Assembly: GCA_030704615.1 (NCBI GenBank)
Contig: CM060733.1
Span: forward strand, 61,628,001 to 61,692,000
Length of the DNA: 64,000 nucleotides
DNA from: Takakia lepidozioides
Lineage: Eukaryota; Plantae; Bryophyta
Direction of reading: 5' to 3'
Notes under the pieces: generated by a model
What the model was told of the DNA's origin: nothing
The model's input: the letters and a program-made list of their open reading frames with translations, nothing else
Databases searched by the model: none
Made by a program: the position numbers and the translations under genes
In this document: one piece after another, positions 50,130 through 63,990 of the stretch
Layout of the letters: every line of letters starts with the position of its first letter
Numbering within the stretch: position 1 is the stretch's first letter

Positions 50130-51547
50130 ATAATGGCTTCTTGTATGCCCAACATGGATGCAGAATGGATGCTTTGGAGACTATGAGCAAATGATCCGGG
50201 AAGGGGTGAAGCCAGACCAGGTCACTTTCCTTTGCGTTTGCAATGCGTGTGCAGAGAGGGCAGCCCTGAAAAAAAGCAAAGAGGTCCATGCTGACATTGT
50301 GACAGCTGGAATTGTACCAGATGTCATTCTGAACAACACCCTCGTGGACATGTACACCAAATGTGGGAGCATTGAAGATGCAAAGGGAGTGTTCGACAAA
50401 ATGGCTGAACGAAATGTGGTGTCATGGAACACAATGATAGGAGGATATGCCCAGCATGGATGCGGAATGGAGGGTTTGGAGACCTATGAGCAAATGATGG
50501 GCGAAGAGGTGAAGCCATATCAGGTCATCTTCATTTGCGTTTGCAATGCATGTGCGTGCCTGGCAGCCCCGGAAAAGGAGAGGTCCATGCTGACATCATG
50601 AAAGCTGGAATTGTACCAGATGTCATTCTTAACAATTCCCTTGTGGACATGTATGCCAAATGTGGGAGCATTGACGATGCAAATGAAGTGTTCAACAGTA
50701 TGGCTGAACGAAATGTGGTATCATGGAATGCCATGATGCAGGATATGCCCAGCATGGTTGTCATAAGGAGGCTATGCAACTATTTGAAGGAATGCAAAAG
50801 GAAGGCTTGACGCCGAACGGTATCACTTTTATATGTATTCTCCAAGCATGTAGTCATGGGGGTCTAGTGGATGAAGGTAGACACTACTTTGATTCCCTGC
50901 ATCGAGATCATGGCCTGACTCCTACAATGGAGCACTTTGGGTGCATGGTGGACCTCCTTGGCCGTGCAGGGCGATTGGATGAGGCTGAGGACGTCATCAA
51001 CAAAATGCCGGTCCAGCCAAATGTTGCGGTGTGGAAGGCCTTGCTTGGTGCCTGCAGAATTTATGGGAATGTGGAGGTGGCCCAATCTGTGGCAAAATCT
51101 ATTCTCAAGTGGGATCAACAAGGACACCACAACTTATGAATTGTTATCACTTATATATGCTGTAGCTGGCAAGTGGGACGATACTGCAAAGGTGAGGAAA
51201 ATGATGCAATTCAGAGGTATAAGAAAGCAGCCAGGTCGCTGCTCCACTGACTTTGGTAAACTGGTCCACATATTTGGTGGTAGATGACAATTGTATCCAC
51301 AAATTAGGAAATGCATGCTGAGCTGAGAAGATTGTCTGGGCACATGAAGGAGGCCGGGTACGTGCCTGACGCACGTTGTATTGCATGATATGTAGGAGCA
51401 AAAGAAATTTCTCTTTGCCACCACAGCAAGGTGGCCATTGCTTTTGGGCGGATGAGTACGGCACCAGGGACACCTCTTTGATTCATCAAGAACCTTTGAA
51501 TGTATGGTGACTGCCACAGCCATCAAGTTCACCTCAAAGATTGTTCG
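50130..51547 (+). pseudogene. PLS-E-DYW PPR pseudogene truncated by a CACTA insertion
   Basis: P/L/S motifs, then EHFGCMVDLLGRAGRLDEAE, VWKALLGACRIYGN, KQPGRC and GYVPD, and a degraded DYW ending at KIV. Multiple frameshifts. Confidence 0.9.
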
Positions 51548-53539
51548 CACTACAACAAAAAGCGGCTTTTACGTCTCTGTGTTATGACTGCAAATGCAGT
51601 CATGGAAGCCATTTACGACTTCCTGACTCTGAAGACGTAAAGACCTAGTCAGTTGTGACATGGCAGATATGACTCTCCAGGCTGGCTGTCACGTGGCGCC
51701 AGAGCAGCTGTGGGGGTAGTCATACACGCTGGCATTACTGAATGACTGAACGGACAGTGTAGTCCATGTCAGCCGCGGTGTCAGACAGACACGTGGTGGC
51801 GACAGAACACGCCACGTGTCAGACTGCGACGCCAGCTCTCACTGCCAGCTATGACAGCGGACGAGGGAATTAAACGACAGCACGTGTCGCGTCATAGAAG
51901 AAACGCGTGGTGCGACATATCATTGCCACGTGTCACTGTGGGGGACGGGGCTTCGCAGTCACATGTATGTCTTCATGGGGGGAAATTTGGGGTCAACACG
52001 TGGCAGCATCTGGGGACACCATATGCCACGTTCGTGTGTGCCCACGTGCTGGACTTTCGAGAGCTGTGGTGGATTCTTGCCAGTCATACCTACGACTGGC
52101 GCAGTACAGTATATTCCATGAACAGGGGATTCCATGAGGACGTTGTAGTCCCAGGTGGTGCCACGTGCACAATCCTCTAAACCTCACGTGCTGCTTCGTA
52201 GACATACATTTGACTGGACGTTCTGCATATGGAGTCATAGGACCAACTGCGCGGGGACCTTAGGGGGTCACGTGTCGGAATGTAATATGCTCATACACAT
52301 ATCATATTGGGTTCGGTACTCATGGTTATGACTCTAGACGGACACGTGGATATGCCACAGAGGCAGCCAATAGGGTGCCACGCGCATGTGCCATACAACA
52401 TCACAATCATGTATACAGCAAGACTTTAGGCACAGAAGTGCACAAAAGTGGCATAGACGTAATTCTGAAAGACCACAATAGCAGCAACATCACCATCCAG
52501 CATCACCATTATCAACCACATATGAACAGCAACAACATAACCAACCATAGTGTGTGCAATGGGACATACCACCTACCACCACATTGCTCATTAATGAGGC
52601 ATAAGTTTGCAACAACATGCATGAGAAAATCCAACATGTGATTGCTATCAAAATTGGACAGTCAATTCAGAGAAACTGTCACTACTATAAGTTACCGTAG
52701 TTGCCAAATCCGGATGAGGCACAGGTGGAAATCCCCAAGAAATCCACGATGCTAGCCGACCTGCCTCATCTCTTTGTCTGCAAGGTCTTCACTAGTTTGT
52801 CACTCCACACAGTAATGTAACCTACACTGTCTCCCAACTCAGTGTGATGAGGCTTCATGGATTTGTTGTGATATGGTAGAGGGGCATTGGGAATGCGGAC
52901 ATCATCAATGTGGATGGCCACATAGCCTTCTGGCACAACAGGGTACCCTTCACTCACCTCCATCCCTTGGAGACCAGCAATGCGGCCAGATCTGGCTGTT
53001 GATCGCGAAACAGTGTCTATGAGCTTGACATGGTCTCCCACCACGAACTGCCATCCAGCCCAAACATGGCAGATTGCATGAGAATTGTGGAACATGGATC
53101 GTGGAACGTATTGTGTCTACAAGGTCTACAAGGAGCTAATAACAATTTGTCTATCCAGGTTGGGAAGGGGAGAATAGCAGATGCATACACTTACCCCATT
53201 CTGCGAATCAAGGATCAGTGGTGTCGGCTTCCTCAAAGGGTGAAGATGTGCTGCCCTTTGATTTGGGGGGCCTCGTTCGTGGCCAAGCACCTACAACCAA
53301 CCAACAAGCACCAAAAATGTATATTATCTACACTGGGAACTCAAATTACACTAACACAATAAGATGCACCCAAACTGTCAATGCCTACAGTTGACACTGC
53401 GACGGTAATTTGACAAACTCTATCACAACATGTTTTACTGCCACAACTTAAGCACAAATGAGGCTGGCAATGGCACAAGGGAGTCACACAAAAATGCCTC
53501 TAATGTCTGGCATTGTGTACCACACTACAAAGTATGTTA

Positions 53540-54170
53540 CCTGGCGAGGCTGAATGGCTCGAGGGCTGATAGCTTGTTGCCCAAATGTGGGTTGCCCTTT
53601 GAGATATTCTGGAATGCTCGGAGCCTTAGCTGCCCCCTCCAAGAAGGGCCATAAGCTGGTCAGAAGGAAATTATCATTGTGCGCCTCTACAGAACGACTT
53701 CTCCAAGGCAGTGGGAAAATGGCGTTGTATGCTAGATTTTTTGACCCCTTGTGCGGTGTGTCGTCAACAAGAAGAGTGGTTTCGGGATTCCAGACACAGT
53801 TGTCCCGCCACACTGTAGATAGGTTCTTCAGAAACCGTGGTTTCATGGGCAGGCTCCCATCCATGTCAGTGGACTGCTCACAATATCCCCATCCCACTTG
53901 AATGCAAGGTCACGGTGCCCATGGAAAAGCCAGTCCACTGTGGGTAGGAAGTTACGTGGTTGCATACAAGACCATGCTGCCACTTCAAAGTGTTCGAAAC
54001 ACTTGTCCAAAAAAGCTTTGCAACCAGGCCTTACAACGACCATCTTGCTACCACATAATTTGTGCTCAAAGCCATTTGGAACCACAAACGCATTACGCTC
54101 CCGACATGGACGCACTCACACAGCAATCCATTAATATCTAGGATGAGCAAATGCTTGCCCTTCTCCACTA
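53540..54170 (-). pseudogene. FCP1/SCP (NIF) HAD-like phosphatase domain
   Basis: HLLILDINGLL, VVRPGCKAFLDKCFEHFEVAAWSC, FLKNLSTVW and ETTLLVDDTPHKGSKN, with two frameshifts. Confidence 0.8.
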
Positions 54171-55329
54171 TTGTGTGCACGACATTCTCCGACATTAATT
54201 GAAGGTTGGGAGTGGAAGTGACAACCGTTTGTTGCTGGGTAATATCTGCCCGCGGGGAAACAAGGTCAATGTCCAGGGTTGTCTCAGATGCCCCACCGCG
54301 ACAGCAGTAGGCCGGAGTTCTGCATGCGCCTCCACTACCGCACAGTGTGACAGAACTGCACGAGGACGCGTAAGTTCCTTGGTAGGGGTGTCGTCCCCTC
54401 CACCTGGGCCAACATGCTCCACCTGCACATCATCCTCGAATGCATCAACGGGAGTGACGTTACCTGGTGACATGCCAGGCAAGTCAAACCTGTCCTCCAG
54501 ACGTCTTGGCTGAAGGGCCAGCGATGCACGAGCTGTTTGCTATGGATGAGCCCACTAAGGCAGGTGAGGAAATGCTGATCCCAAATTTCTCAGCCATGGC
54601 CTTCTGGTACATCATCACATGCGATATTGTAGCCTTCAAATCCATCATATCTTTGTGTTGTGCGCCTGTGCTCTTTCCATATCCTCCACTTTGCGAGCAA
54701 TTGCTGAATACCCAGAGGTCCTTCCTGCCAGGTCCACGCAAGTCCATGAACAACATGAGAACATCATGCCGTTGGTAGGGAAAATGCCTAGAACAAAATA
54801 ATCGACAAAAAATAGGAGAAAGAATGATCACGTGGATCTCACCATCCGCTCGCTGGTCAATGTTCTGCTTACTGAACCTTCCTAGATTTCATGCAACGAT
54901 GGACTTCGGCCTCGCTCCTTTGCCTGCATTTGTCATGTACCAGCTCAGTATGCTAGCATGGTCAACCTGACGAGCGACATACCATTCTGTGACAACAGTG
55001 ATTGAACAGAGGTTTGTCAGACATACTGTTGGGATGCAACCAATATTGGTATCCCCGCGCCCACTAACCTAGTCACTATGTCTGCAGTAATACAGAGAGC
55101 TGAGTGACAAATGCAGCTAATGCAGAAGAGTAATCACCAGCACCAACACTACCCTATGTTAATGACCACAAAAAGTCATGTTAACACTCACACTCACTCT
55201 CACTATTGCAGTTTCAAATACTGCCCTGACATCATCATTGCACGACCAACTCTGATCAGACCCTCCTCTATCCACACTTACAGATTGGTATGTAAAATGA
55301 GGACCCACCCACTTCACAACTTTGCCAGG

Positions 55330-57125
55330 TTCGGGTAATCCGGGTTTTCTAGTAATCCAATAATCCGGGTTTTCCAGATATCCTCTTAGAAAACCCTTCA
55401 CACAAGCATCAATCTGCTGTGTGTGTGATTTGCCCAAAAACTAGGCCCTCGGAAGGCCTGGGCTTTTGGCTCAGCCTCTCAACTTTCAAAGTTGGTGAAC
55501 AGGGTACAGGCACAATTCCCTTGATTGAATTGAAGAAGCGTCTCTTTGGTGAGAGAACCCCGGACAGTGTATCAGAAAATGAATACTGTCTTCAGATTGC
55601 CCACACAACGGGACAATTGCACTCTCCCTTTCTCTCTGCTTGTGTTGCTGTTCAAGGTTAGGTCTTGCTTCCTGCCTGAGTTTAAATTTCAGTCTAGTGC
55701 CGAGAGTGGTAGACCCTTGAGGTCATCCAAGATGTCCACCCCTGTCAGGACTAGAAAGAAAGAAGGTCAGGGAAGTTCTCTGCCTAACTTCATTTCACCG
55801 ACAATCTCATGGCAACAAACATGCTTCAACACTACAGCCTTTTAGGCTTGAGATTTATCCAGCAGGGTCAAGACTTGCGGATCCAGGTCCAGGTCCTTGA
55901 GAATCTTTTCTACTCTCTTCTGCCAGGACTTAGCCTGTTTGACAGGGCGGTCCTGTTTCCAAGATATAGAGTCGATCAACTTAGGATATCTGGTGTTGGG
56001 CATATGTTGCAGCTGACCCCACCATCTGACCTTGAATTCATCTCGTCGGGAGCTTAAGGATGGAATGCCAAACTCACCCCGAACAACCACATTGGCTGTT
56101 TTGGAGCATGCTGACATACACTCCTTAAGCACCCCCACTTGAATGGATTCTAGAGACTTAGCCTGGTTGGAGCTATCAACCCATATAGCAGATCTGTACT
56201 CCAAGGCAGGTCCCCCCTTAAAGAAAAGCCTACAAGCACCTTGCGACAAGGTGAATGAACACTTTAGTCACTCCACAGGCAACACCCCTTCAGAAAAACC
56301 TGATTGCCGGGGACATAATTTGGAGAATTCAATGACAAAGCCTGGTGGCACTTCGTACTTCCCTCCTAACATGGTGTAAAATGGGGGAAATGGACACCCC
56401 ATTATACATTGTACTCATAAGACGTTGTTTGCCGTAGCCTTCTGGCCATTGACCCCACGCCCAGTTTGAGCGGGAACAAAAGGAACAGAACCTACCTCAG
56501 TCAGGGGTTGACGTTGGTAGTAAGACTTACCTTCATATAAAGATTTAATCCGGGTTTTCCAGATATCCTCTAGAAAACCCTTCACACAAGCATCAATCTG
56601 CTGGGTGTGATTTGCCCCAAAACTAGGCCTCAGGAGGGCCGCGGCTTTTGGCTCAGCCTCGAGAGTTTCAAAGTTGGTAAACAGGGGTACAGGCACAATT
56701 CCCTTGATTGAATTGAAGACACGTCTCTTTGGTGAGAGAACCCCGGACAGTGTATCAGAAAATGAATATTGTCTTCAGATTGCCCACACTACGGACAATT
56801 GCACTCTCCCTTTCCTCTCTGCTTTCTGTTTGTTGTTCAAAGGTAGGCTTCCTGCCCTGAGTTTAAATTTCAGTCTACTTCCAACTTGTGGTAGACCCTT
56901 GAGGTCATCCAAGATGTCCACCCCCATGTCACTGACTGGAAACAACTTCAGGGAAGTTCTCTGCCTAACTTCATTTTCATCAGACAATCTGATGGCAACA
57001 GACATGCCTTCAGACACTACAGCCTCTAAGTCAGATTTATCCAGCTGGGTCAATACTTGCGGATCCAGGTCCAGGTCCTTGAGAATCTTTTCTACTCTCT
57101 TCTGCCAGGACTTAGCCTGTTTCAC
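55330..57125 (-). mobile_element. Nested non-LTR retrotransposon 3' fragments (two tandem copies)
   Basis: PALEYRSAIW...LESIQ...VRGEFG...RWWGQLQHM...RYPK (post-RT region) and KRVEKILKDLDLD...SRLKFKLRAG. 55370-55940 duplicates 56550-57125. Confidence 0.8.
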
Positions 57126-59699
57126 ATTATAAACAACAATCAGCCAAGGCAAAGAGGGCAAAAAGGCTGGTGTGTGAACTTACAAGCCGAGCCTCAACAG
57201 ATGCCTTCCCACCACGTCCTGTTTTTGAAGGCTTCTTGATTGATGAATTTGCAACCTTCATGAGGGCACTTTTTGCGTTGAATCCTGCTGTCTGCCAATA
57301 CGATACCAGCCTGTCCCAATGAGCTTCCTTCAGATGCGCAGGCCTCCCCTCGCCTGCCTTGTACATTGCATGGATCTCGTGTCTTTGGGTTTTCAAGGCA
57401 ATGCCAAGTGTCTTCCTCATGTGCTCATAGTCAAGACCACGTGGCGTGTACGCAAATGTAGAGTTTAGAATCCTATATATTTCTTCAATGACAGATTCAT
57501 CCCTGCGCTGCAATATGCATTGACATGTCACACAAACGCCACATCTGGCCTTGAGGGCTGCATGCCAGGTATTGCGTGCTGGTCCAATGGGCTCTCCAGC
57601 TTTGTCAACCGGAAGCACTTGAGGGGGAGTCCATCTTCGTCTCGCGCATCATGGTTTCGGATTGCCTCTGCCCTGGCACGCCTGTTCGCCCGCCTCAAAG
57701 CATTAGCTCGCTCCTTCTTGGTCATAGGGGTCTTCCTTTGCCACCTCAGGTGGTGGGCAGCTGGGGGTTGCCATGGGGAATGGGGGGCGGGACAGTATCG
57801 CCCACCGTATGGCCCAAAAGGTTCGTATGGTGGACGTGTAGATGCCGGGTAAGCATGTGGGTCTAGGAGGTAAGGGGGAATAGGTGGAGGAGAATGGGCA
57901 TATGGCTGCTGTGGGTAACCACCTGGAGGGGGCTTGTATTGGATGTGCGGGTTGTAAGGGCCCGCAGCGCCATACTGATCGGGGGTGGGGTAGGCATGTG
58001 GGTAATGTGTGTACGGAGGGTACTGTGGAATAGGTCGTGGAGGTGGTCGTTCTGCGCTTGGGGACTTGTTTGTAGCAGGGTTGACTTGTTTGAACAACCC
58101 CCGCCCCGATGGACTGCCCACCACAGCTGCAGCGCCTTCGATGGAAGCTCGCCTCTTGGCCTGCACAGAAAAAAACCAATTCAAACATTAAAGTCAATCA
58201 AAGCATTCAAATGAAATCATGGCAACTTAGAACAAATTAACGCCGTGCACCTGCCATTTTAAAGCTTTGATTGTACTCATCCTCCTATGAGCAGGTCCTC
58301 ATCCCCTCAGACTCATCAGGTGCCCCACACTTCTGTTTACCCATTCAGAAAAGTGGGGCTGAGCCAAATCTACATGGCCAATTCCAAAGCCTACCTAGTG
58401 GGGAGACCTCAAAAACCATTGGCATGCTTGTATCAAAGCGTGCATACAAGTACTTGCATCAGTGGGTAGATGGACTCATTTGAATGGACATTGCATTTTA
58501 GTTGTAAACAGAAACATCACTATGTATCAACCTCTTAGTAAGAGCCTTTGACTTTAACCCAAACTATGTACACGATGAAGATATAGCAAAAGGGTTGATT
58601 TCCTATCCCATTGTGGGGTTTCACTGCCTATATGCTCGGGCATCCCTTCCTTCCTACATCCCAATTTTTCTAGCAATGCCATCTCCCCAATGTGAAATTC
58701 CCAAAGTGAGAACTTTCCAAATGTGATTGCATTCAAAGTTGTGCCACGTCCACTGCCAGATTTTCTGTGGCTTCCACCTTTCAACCTCTTCTGTGTGGGA
58801 AGTGCATTTACATCCTGGAATGCTAAGAAAGTCTCAGACACGTTCTGTACATTTGCATGCTTCCTTCATGGGTATGCTGAGCATGTGAATGCATAGAAAT
58901 GCTGAAGATGTGGCGTCATAGTGAGGAGGTGCTTACAGATGGTGATTTTGCCGGCGACGGGCGTTTCTGGGGAAGCGAGGGTGCAGGAGCTGGGTGGCGA
59001 AGAATATCTTCGCTAGAATCGCCAGTGTGCTCGCCCGCAGGGACACACAACAAATCCTCCTCCTCGTCTTCGTCTACATACTGTCGTGCCTCGTCGGCCA
59101 TTGTTTCTAGCCTTCCACTGCGTCTGGGTGGTCCCGTGGGTAGTGGAGGTCGACGGCAAGCACGCTTTGGTTTCGGAGCAAGAAGCCTGCAATCCTCGCC
59201 CCATGAAGAAATTAACCAATCCGCTCTCTTCATGGTGCGCCATGATAGTGTGGAGACAGGCGTCGCCTCACAACCATCATTCTGTGTACTTAGCAATGCA
59301 ATCCCAACACTGGGAATGTAGAAAAACTCGTAAACCCAAAAGACAAGGATGCGGGCAATTTCAGGCTAAACCGTAGACCTCTCACATTTTAAAAAAAAAC
59401 CCTAATGACAAGCCCCTGCAATGCGATGTCTACCCAAACTAAAGTATTCGGGTCAGTTGAGCACTCCGGTTGAGGTGGAATGCTCTCCTGCGAGATTTAG
59501 GCCACAACACTAGGGTGAGCCGCCTCTCAGTATACTCACAGTGGGTGCGAACCAAACAACTCCGCCTCAACCTCTTTGTTGCGAGCAATGCAGGTCTCCC
59601 TTAGCTTCTCATACGCAGTCAGAGGACCGCACGGGGAGGGCCTGACCATGGCAGTCTGACATCAGCTGCAAAGACCCTTGCACACCCCCTGTGTAAGTA

Positions 59700-62600
59700 C
59701 AATGTATACAACGAGAGCGGGGTTTCGGCTAACAGCTCAACGACTCCGTGTGCGCAGGAAAGATGAGAAACTGTGGCGACTAGAGGAGGCGCATGCCATT
59801 GCACAAGGGCACCGCAAAATATTGTGCAACTGCAAAATATGCCATGGAGGGATCTCGCAGTTTCTACCGATGGCCAAAAAACACCTAACAAAGTATGGAG
59901 GGACCCAAACCTTCGACAGTGTACAGTCCCGGTACGCCTTGCACGACGCACGCACTCTGACATGCTCGCAGCACGCCCGCGCATGTCCGCATTTTGGACA
60001 GTCGTGGGAGTGACTGGAGTCCGAACTACGTGTCGTTCTTCCGTTGGATGTATTGGAGTCATGGAGTCGTAGTGATGGAGTCATGTAGTCGGTAGTGCGT
60101 CAGAGTAGTCATGTCCATGACTTCATGACCGTGGATCATGGACATTTCAACTACGTGGTGTTCTTCCATTGGTTGTACTGGAGTCATGTAGTCAGGGTCA
60201 TGACTACATGGTCGTTGTTGACTGCCATGTGTGAAGGCAATATGCATTTTGGGCTTTTGGCAGTTTGTTGCCATGTGTCATGCCTTCAACGCACTGCCCA
60301 CTTGGGCATATTTGTTGAGAGCTTTCACTTTGTTGTCTGTGCAGATAGCTGTCTGTATGTGGGGATGTCTCCCTCTATCACAGAGGGTATGTTTGTTTTG
60401 TTTTTTTCGATGAAAACTGTGTTCCTACTTTGCCGTATTATATGAGAGTAGTTTTCATTTGTGTTTGTGTCTGAGCTCCACAAGCTGCTTCGAAATGAAG
60501 TCTGTGGCCGACCAATTTCGTCTCCTGATTCGCAAGTGCGGGGGAGACTTGTAGCATTCACCTGTATTGAACTAGTGCAATTCTACAAAGTGTTTGCTTA
60601 CATGACAGTGTTTAAATGAAATTTCATAATCTGGGAGTTTTGAAAAAAGCCTGTTCATCGTATCCCAATTTATGATTTCATTTGCGTTCACAGGGCTACA
60701 TTACATCCGACTCTGAAGTGGAGGCTGAATGTAGCCTAGAGAGTGTTGCAAACGACGTCAATTTGGATGGACAAGACGGCAATGGGCTACGGGGCCAGAT
60801 TGCCCGTGCTGTGCAAGATGCATTTGAAATATCAGATACCCTCCGGGAGAATCCACACCTGCCCCAAATGCCCTTCACTTGGACAATGATGAGGCTGTTG
60901 AGAATGGCGCAAATCCCTCTGAAATGCCTGATGGGGAAAATATGGGCGGAGAAGAAGCAGGCGCGCCAAATGATCTTCACCATGGAAAACTCATGCGAGA
61001 GTCCCAAATCCCCTTATACGATGGGAGCGTTCACAACCGATTGACTGCCACATTGATGTTGCTCAATTCTTGCGCCACTCACAGATGTACCAACGCATTT
61101 GTGGATGAGTTATTTTCATTGTTGAGGCTGGAGATTTTGCCCAAACAAAACACCTTGCCAAATCGCAGTATGAGGCCAAAATATGATCGCCATGATGGGT
61201 CTAGGATACAAACAGATCCATGCCTGTGAGCGTGGATGTGTGTATTGTTTCGTGGAGACCTCAAAAAGGCTGCTAATTGCCCCAAGTGCCCATAGTCGTC
61301 GATACATGGACGGCCGTGGGAAGGTGCCCAAGAAGGTGTTGCGATACTTTCCTCTCATACCTAGATTGAAACGGATGTTTCGAGTTAAGACGCTGGCAGA
61401 GCTCATGAAGTGGCACAACAATCATAGAAGTGCAGATGGCATGGTCCGGCATGCTGCAGACAGTAAGGCTTGGTGCCATATTGACAACACATGGCCGGAT
61501 TTTGCTTCAGATCCAAGAAATCTGCGTCTTGGATTGGCACTGGATGGGGTCAATCCTTATGGCACCAAATCCACTTCTTGGTCCACCTGGCCCATCATGG
61601 TGCTCAATTATAATCTACCTCCATGGTTGGTAACGAAGAAATTTTTTGTCATGTTAACACTCCTCATTCCTGGAAAGGAATCTGTGACAAGTGAAAATGT
61701 GGATGTTTACCTGCAACCACTAGTGGAGGAGCTAACGACATTGTGGGTGGGAGTTGCAGCCGTGGATGTGGCAGCCATTGAAGGAGAGCGGGCTTTTAAC
61801 ATGCGTGCAGTCCTCATGTGGTCCATACATGACTTCCCCGCCTATGGCTTGTTATCAGGTCAGGTTCACCAAGGGTACTGTGCTTGTCCAGCATGTGGAC
61901 CTCAAGTCGATTCCATTCCCAGCTTGTAAGAAATTGATATTCCAGGGGCATCGACGCTATCTTCCCCACAATCATGCCTATAGAAGATCCAGACTTTTTA
62001 ATGGGGCGCGAGACATGAGACCTGCTCCACATACAGTGACAGCCACCGAAATCAAGGAGCGTGCACGACATTACAAACAATGGATTGATGATGGTGGGAC
62101 TGTAGGCGCACAGAACGATCCCTCCAAGCTCCATGGCGTAAAACGATTGTCCATTCTGTTTGACTTGCCTTACTGGGAGGTGCGATTACCACACATGTGT
62201 TTTGGGAACAAAACAGTGCATTGGTTTTTCATTGTGCATGATTGTTGTTTACTGAACCTGTGCTGTAAACATCATTCATGACTGCATTGCAATGTGCCTA
62301 ATTTGTTAGACCACATGGTGCAGCATCTTATCATCCGCCACACTTTTGATACCATGCATTGCGAGAAGAACGTGACGGAGAACATAATCAAGACTATTTT
62401 CGGCGAGAAGGACACGATGCAAGTTCGCCGCGATATGGAATTGCAGGGCATTCGAAAGCCTCTTTGGTTACGACGCCATCCCACCAGAGTGGATACATTG
62501 GTAATGCCTGATGCGCCATATGTGCTCACAAAACCAGAGCAGCGGGTGTTCCTGGAGATTATCACGAATCTGAAAGTACCCACTGGCTATGCCTCTGCTT

Positions 62601-63990
62601 TCAAAAAACATGTGGTCAAACAAAAGTTGAGCCAATTGAAGTCACATGATTATCACGTGCTAATGCAACAGATCCTCCCACTTGCTCTACGTGGGTTGAT
62701 GGCGCCTGGGGTTCGCAATGCCATACTAAGAGTGTCCGTGTGTTTCGCAAGCTTTGTGCAAAATTCATTGATCCCACCGAGCATGAGGAATTGAAGAAGG
62801 AGGTGGCAGTGACTCTTTGTCTTCTGGAGAAAGAGTTCCCACCCTCATTTTTTGATGTTATGACACATTTACTTATCCACTTGGTGGATGAGGTGGATTT
62901 GTGTGGACCTGTAGCTTCTCGGTGGATGTACCCGGTGGAGAGAGCAATGAAGGATTTTAAAGGGTATGTGCGAAACTTGGCGAAGCCTGAGGGCAGTATG
63001 GCGGAGGGCTACGTGTTTGACGAGGCATTGGGATTTTGTACAGAGTACTTGTCTTCTGTTGATGCTACTAGGCGGAGAGAGTGTGGGATGCAGGAGAGGA
63101 GGAATCAGTGTCGGGCTGGGTATTGGAAGGAGTTGGTCGACCACGGAGGTTGACCCTCGAATTGTTGCAGCTTGTCCACGACTACGTCATTCACAACCAT
63201 CCAGTTTGAGCATTATGTTGGGGTAAGTGGCAAACGTTCTGGTACCTGCTATGCATGGGTATGCTTTGTATAGGTGTGTGCAGTAGTTCTTCCATCGGCT
63301 GCAGGGGTTGCACTAGATAAATTTTGTGGTTGTGCGTGTGTTGGCAGGTCCTATGAGGTGGGAGAAATGCAGGTTGGAGACTGAAAATGCTACTAACCAG
63401 AACAAGATCCGTGCTCTCCCTCACTTTGCAGAATGGCTGGTAAAAGCAGTCCGCCAGCATGTGTCAAGTGTTGCCAACCATGCTACTGATTCAGCCTGCA
63501 AGGAATTGTTGGACATGTCCAAACCCCCATCAGTAATCGCAACATCATACAAGAGCATGTCGGCTTATGGAAACCACTTCAGGGTTACTTCAGATGGACT
63601 CAGCCCCTTTGTGACATATGACTCGGGGGTCTCTACTGTTTTCCAGCATGACAGTACTTGCATTGACCGTGAGCAGGTGGTGGAAAGCGTACGGTATGTG
63701 GGGTCATAAAGGAGATTTTAGAATTGGATTATGGCTCCACAAACACCACGGTGCTATTGTGTTCATGGGTACGTGCACGACGTGTGGGCTCTCAGCCTGT
63801 GTCAATGAAGCAGGATGAGTCTGGCTTCACATTGGTGAATTTCTCCCACTTGTTGCCTCCACTTGAACAGCCTTTTGTGCTCCCATCACAGGTCGAGCAA
63901 GTTTTTTCTCTGAGTGTGTGAATGAACCGAGATGGAACGTGGTGCTGGAAAAAAAACCCCAGGTCACGCAGGGCTGTTTCTGATGTGAGC
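59700..63990 (+). pseudogene. CACTA transposase (TnpD/Tnp2: transposase-associated, Transposase_21, DUF4218 and DUF4216 regions), frameshifted
   Basis: ILCNCKIC...KHLTKYG; RNLRLGLALDGVNPY, YNLPPW, DFPAYG, DTMHCEKN, LKSHDYHVLMQQILP, FPPSFFDVMTHLLIHL, RWMYPVER, PEGSMAEGY and PFVLPSQVEQVF. Confidence 0.93.

Larger units (their letters stand above)
52766..59110 (-). pseudogene. TnpA/ORF2-like multi-exon gene with an embedded FCP1/NIF phosphatase-like domain
   Basis: Transposase_24-like segment HLKEAHWDRLVSYWQT...NSSIKKPSKTGRGG (57190-57400), FCP1-like segment (53540-54170) and a Tnp1-like C-terminus GYVAIHIDDV...LGDSVGYITVW (52766-53050). Exon structure is inferred. Confidence 0.6.
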
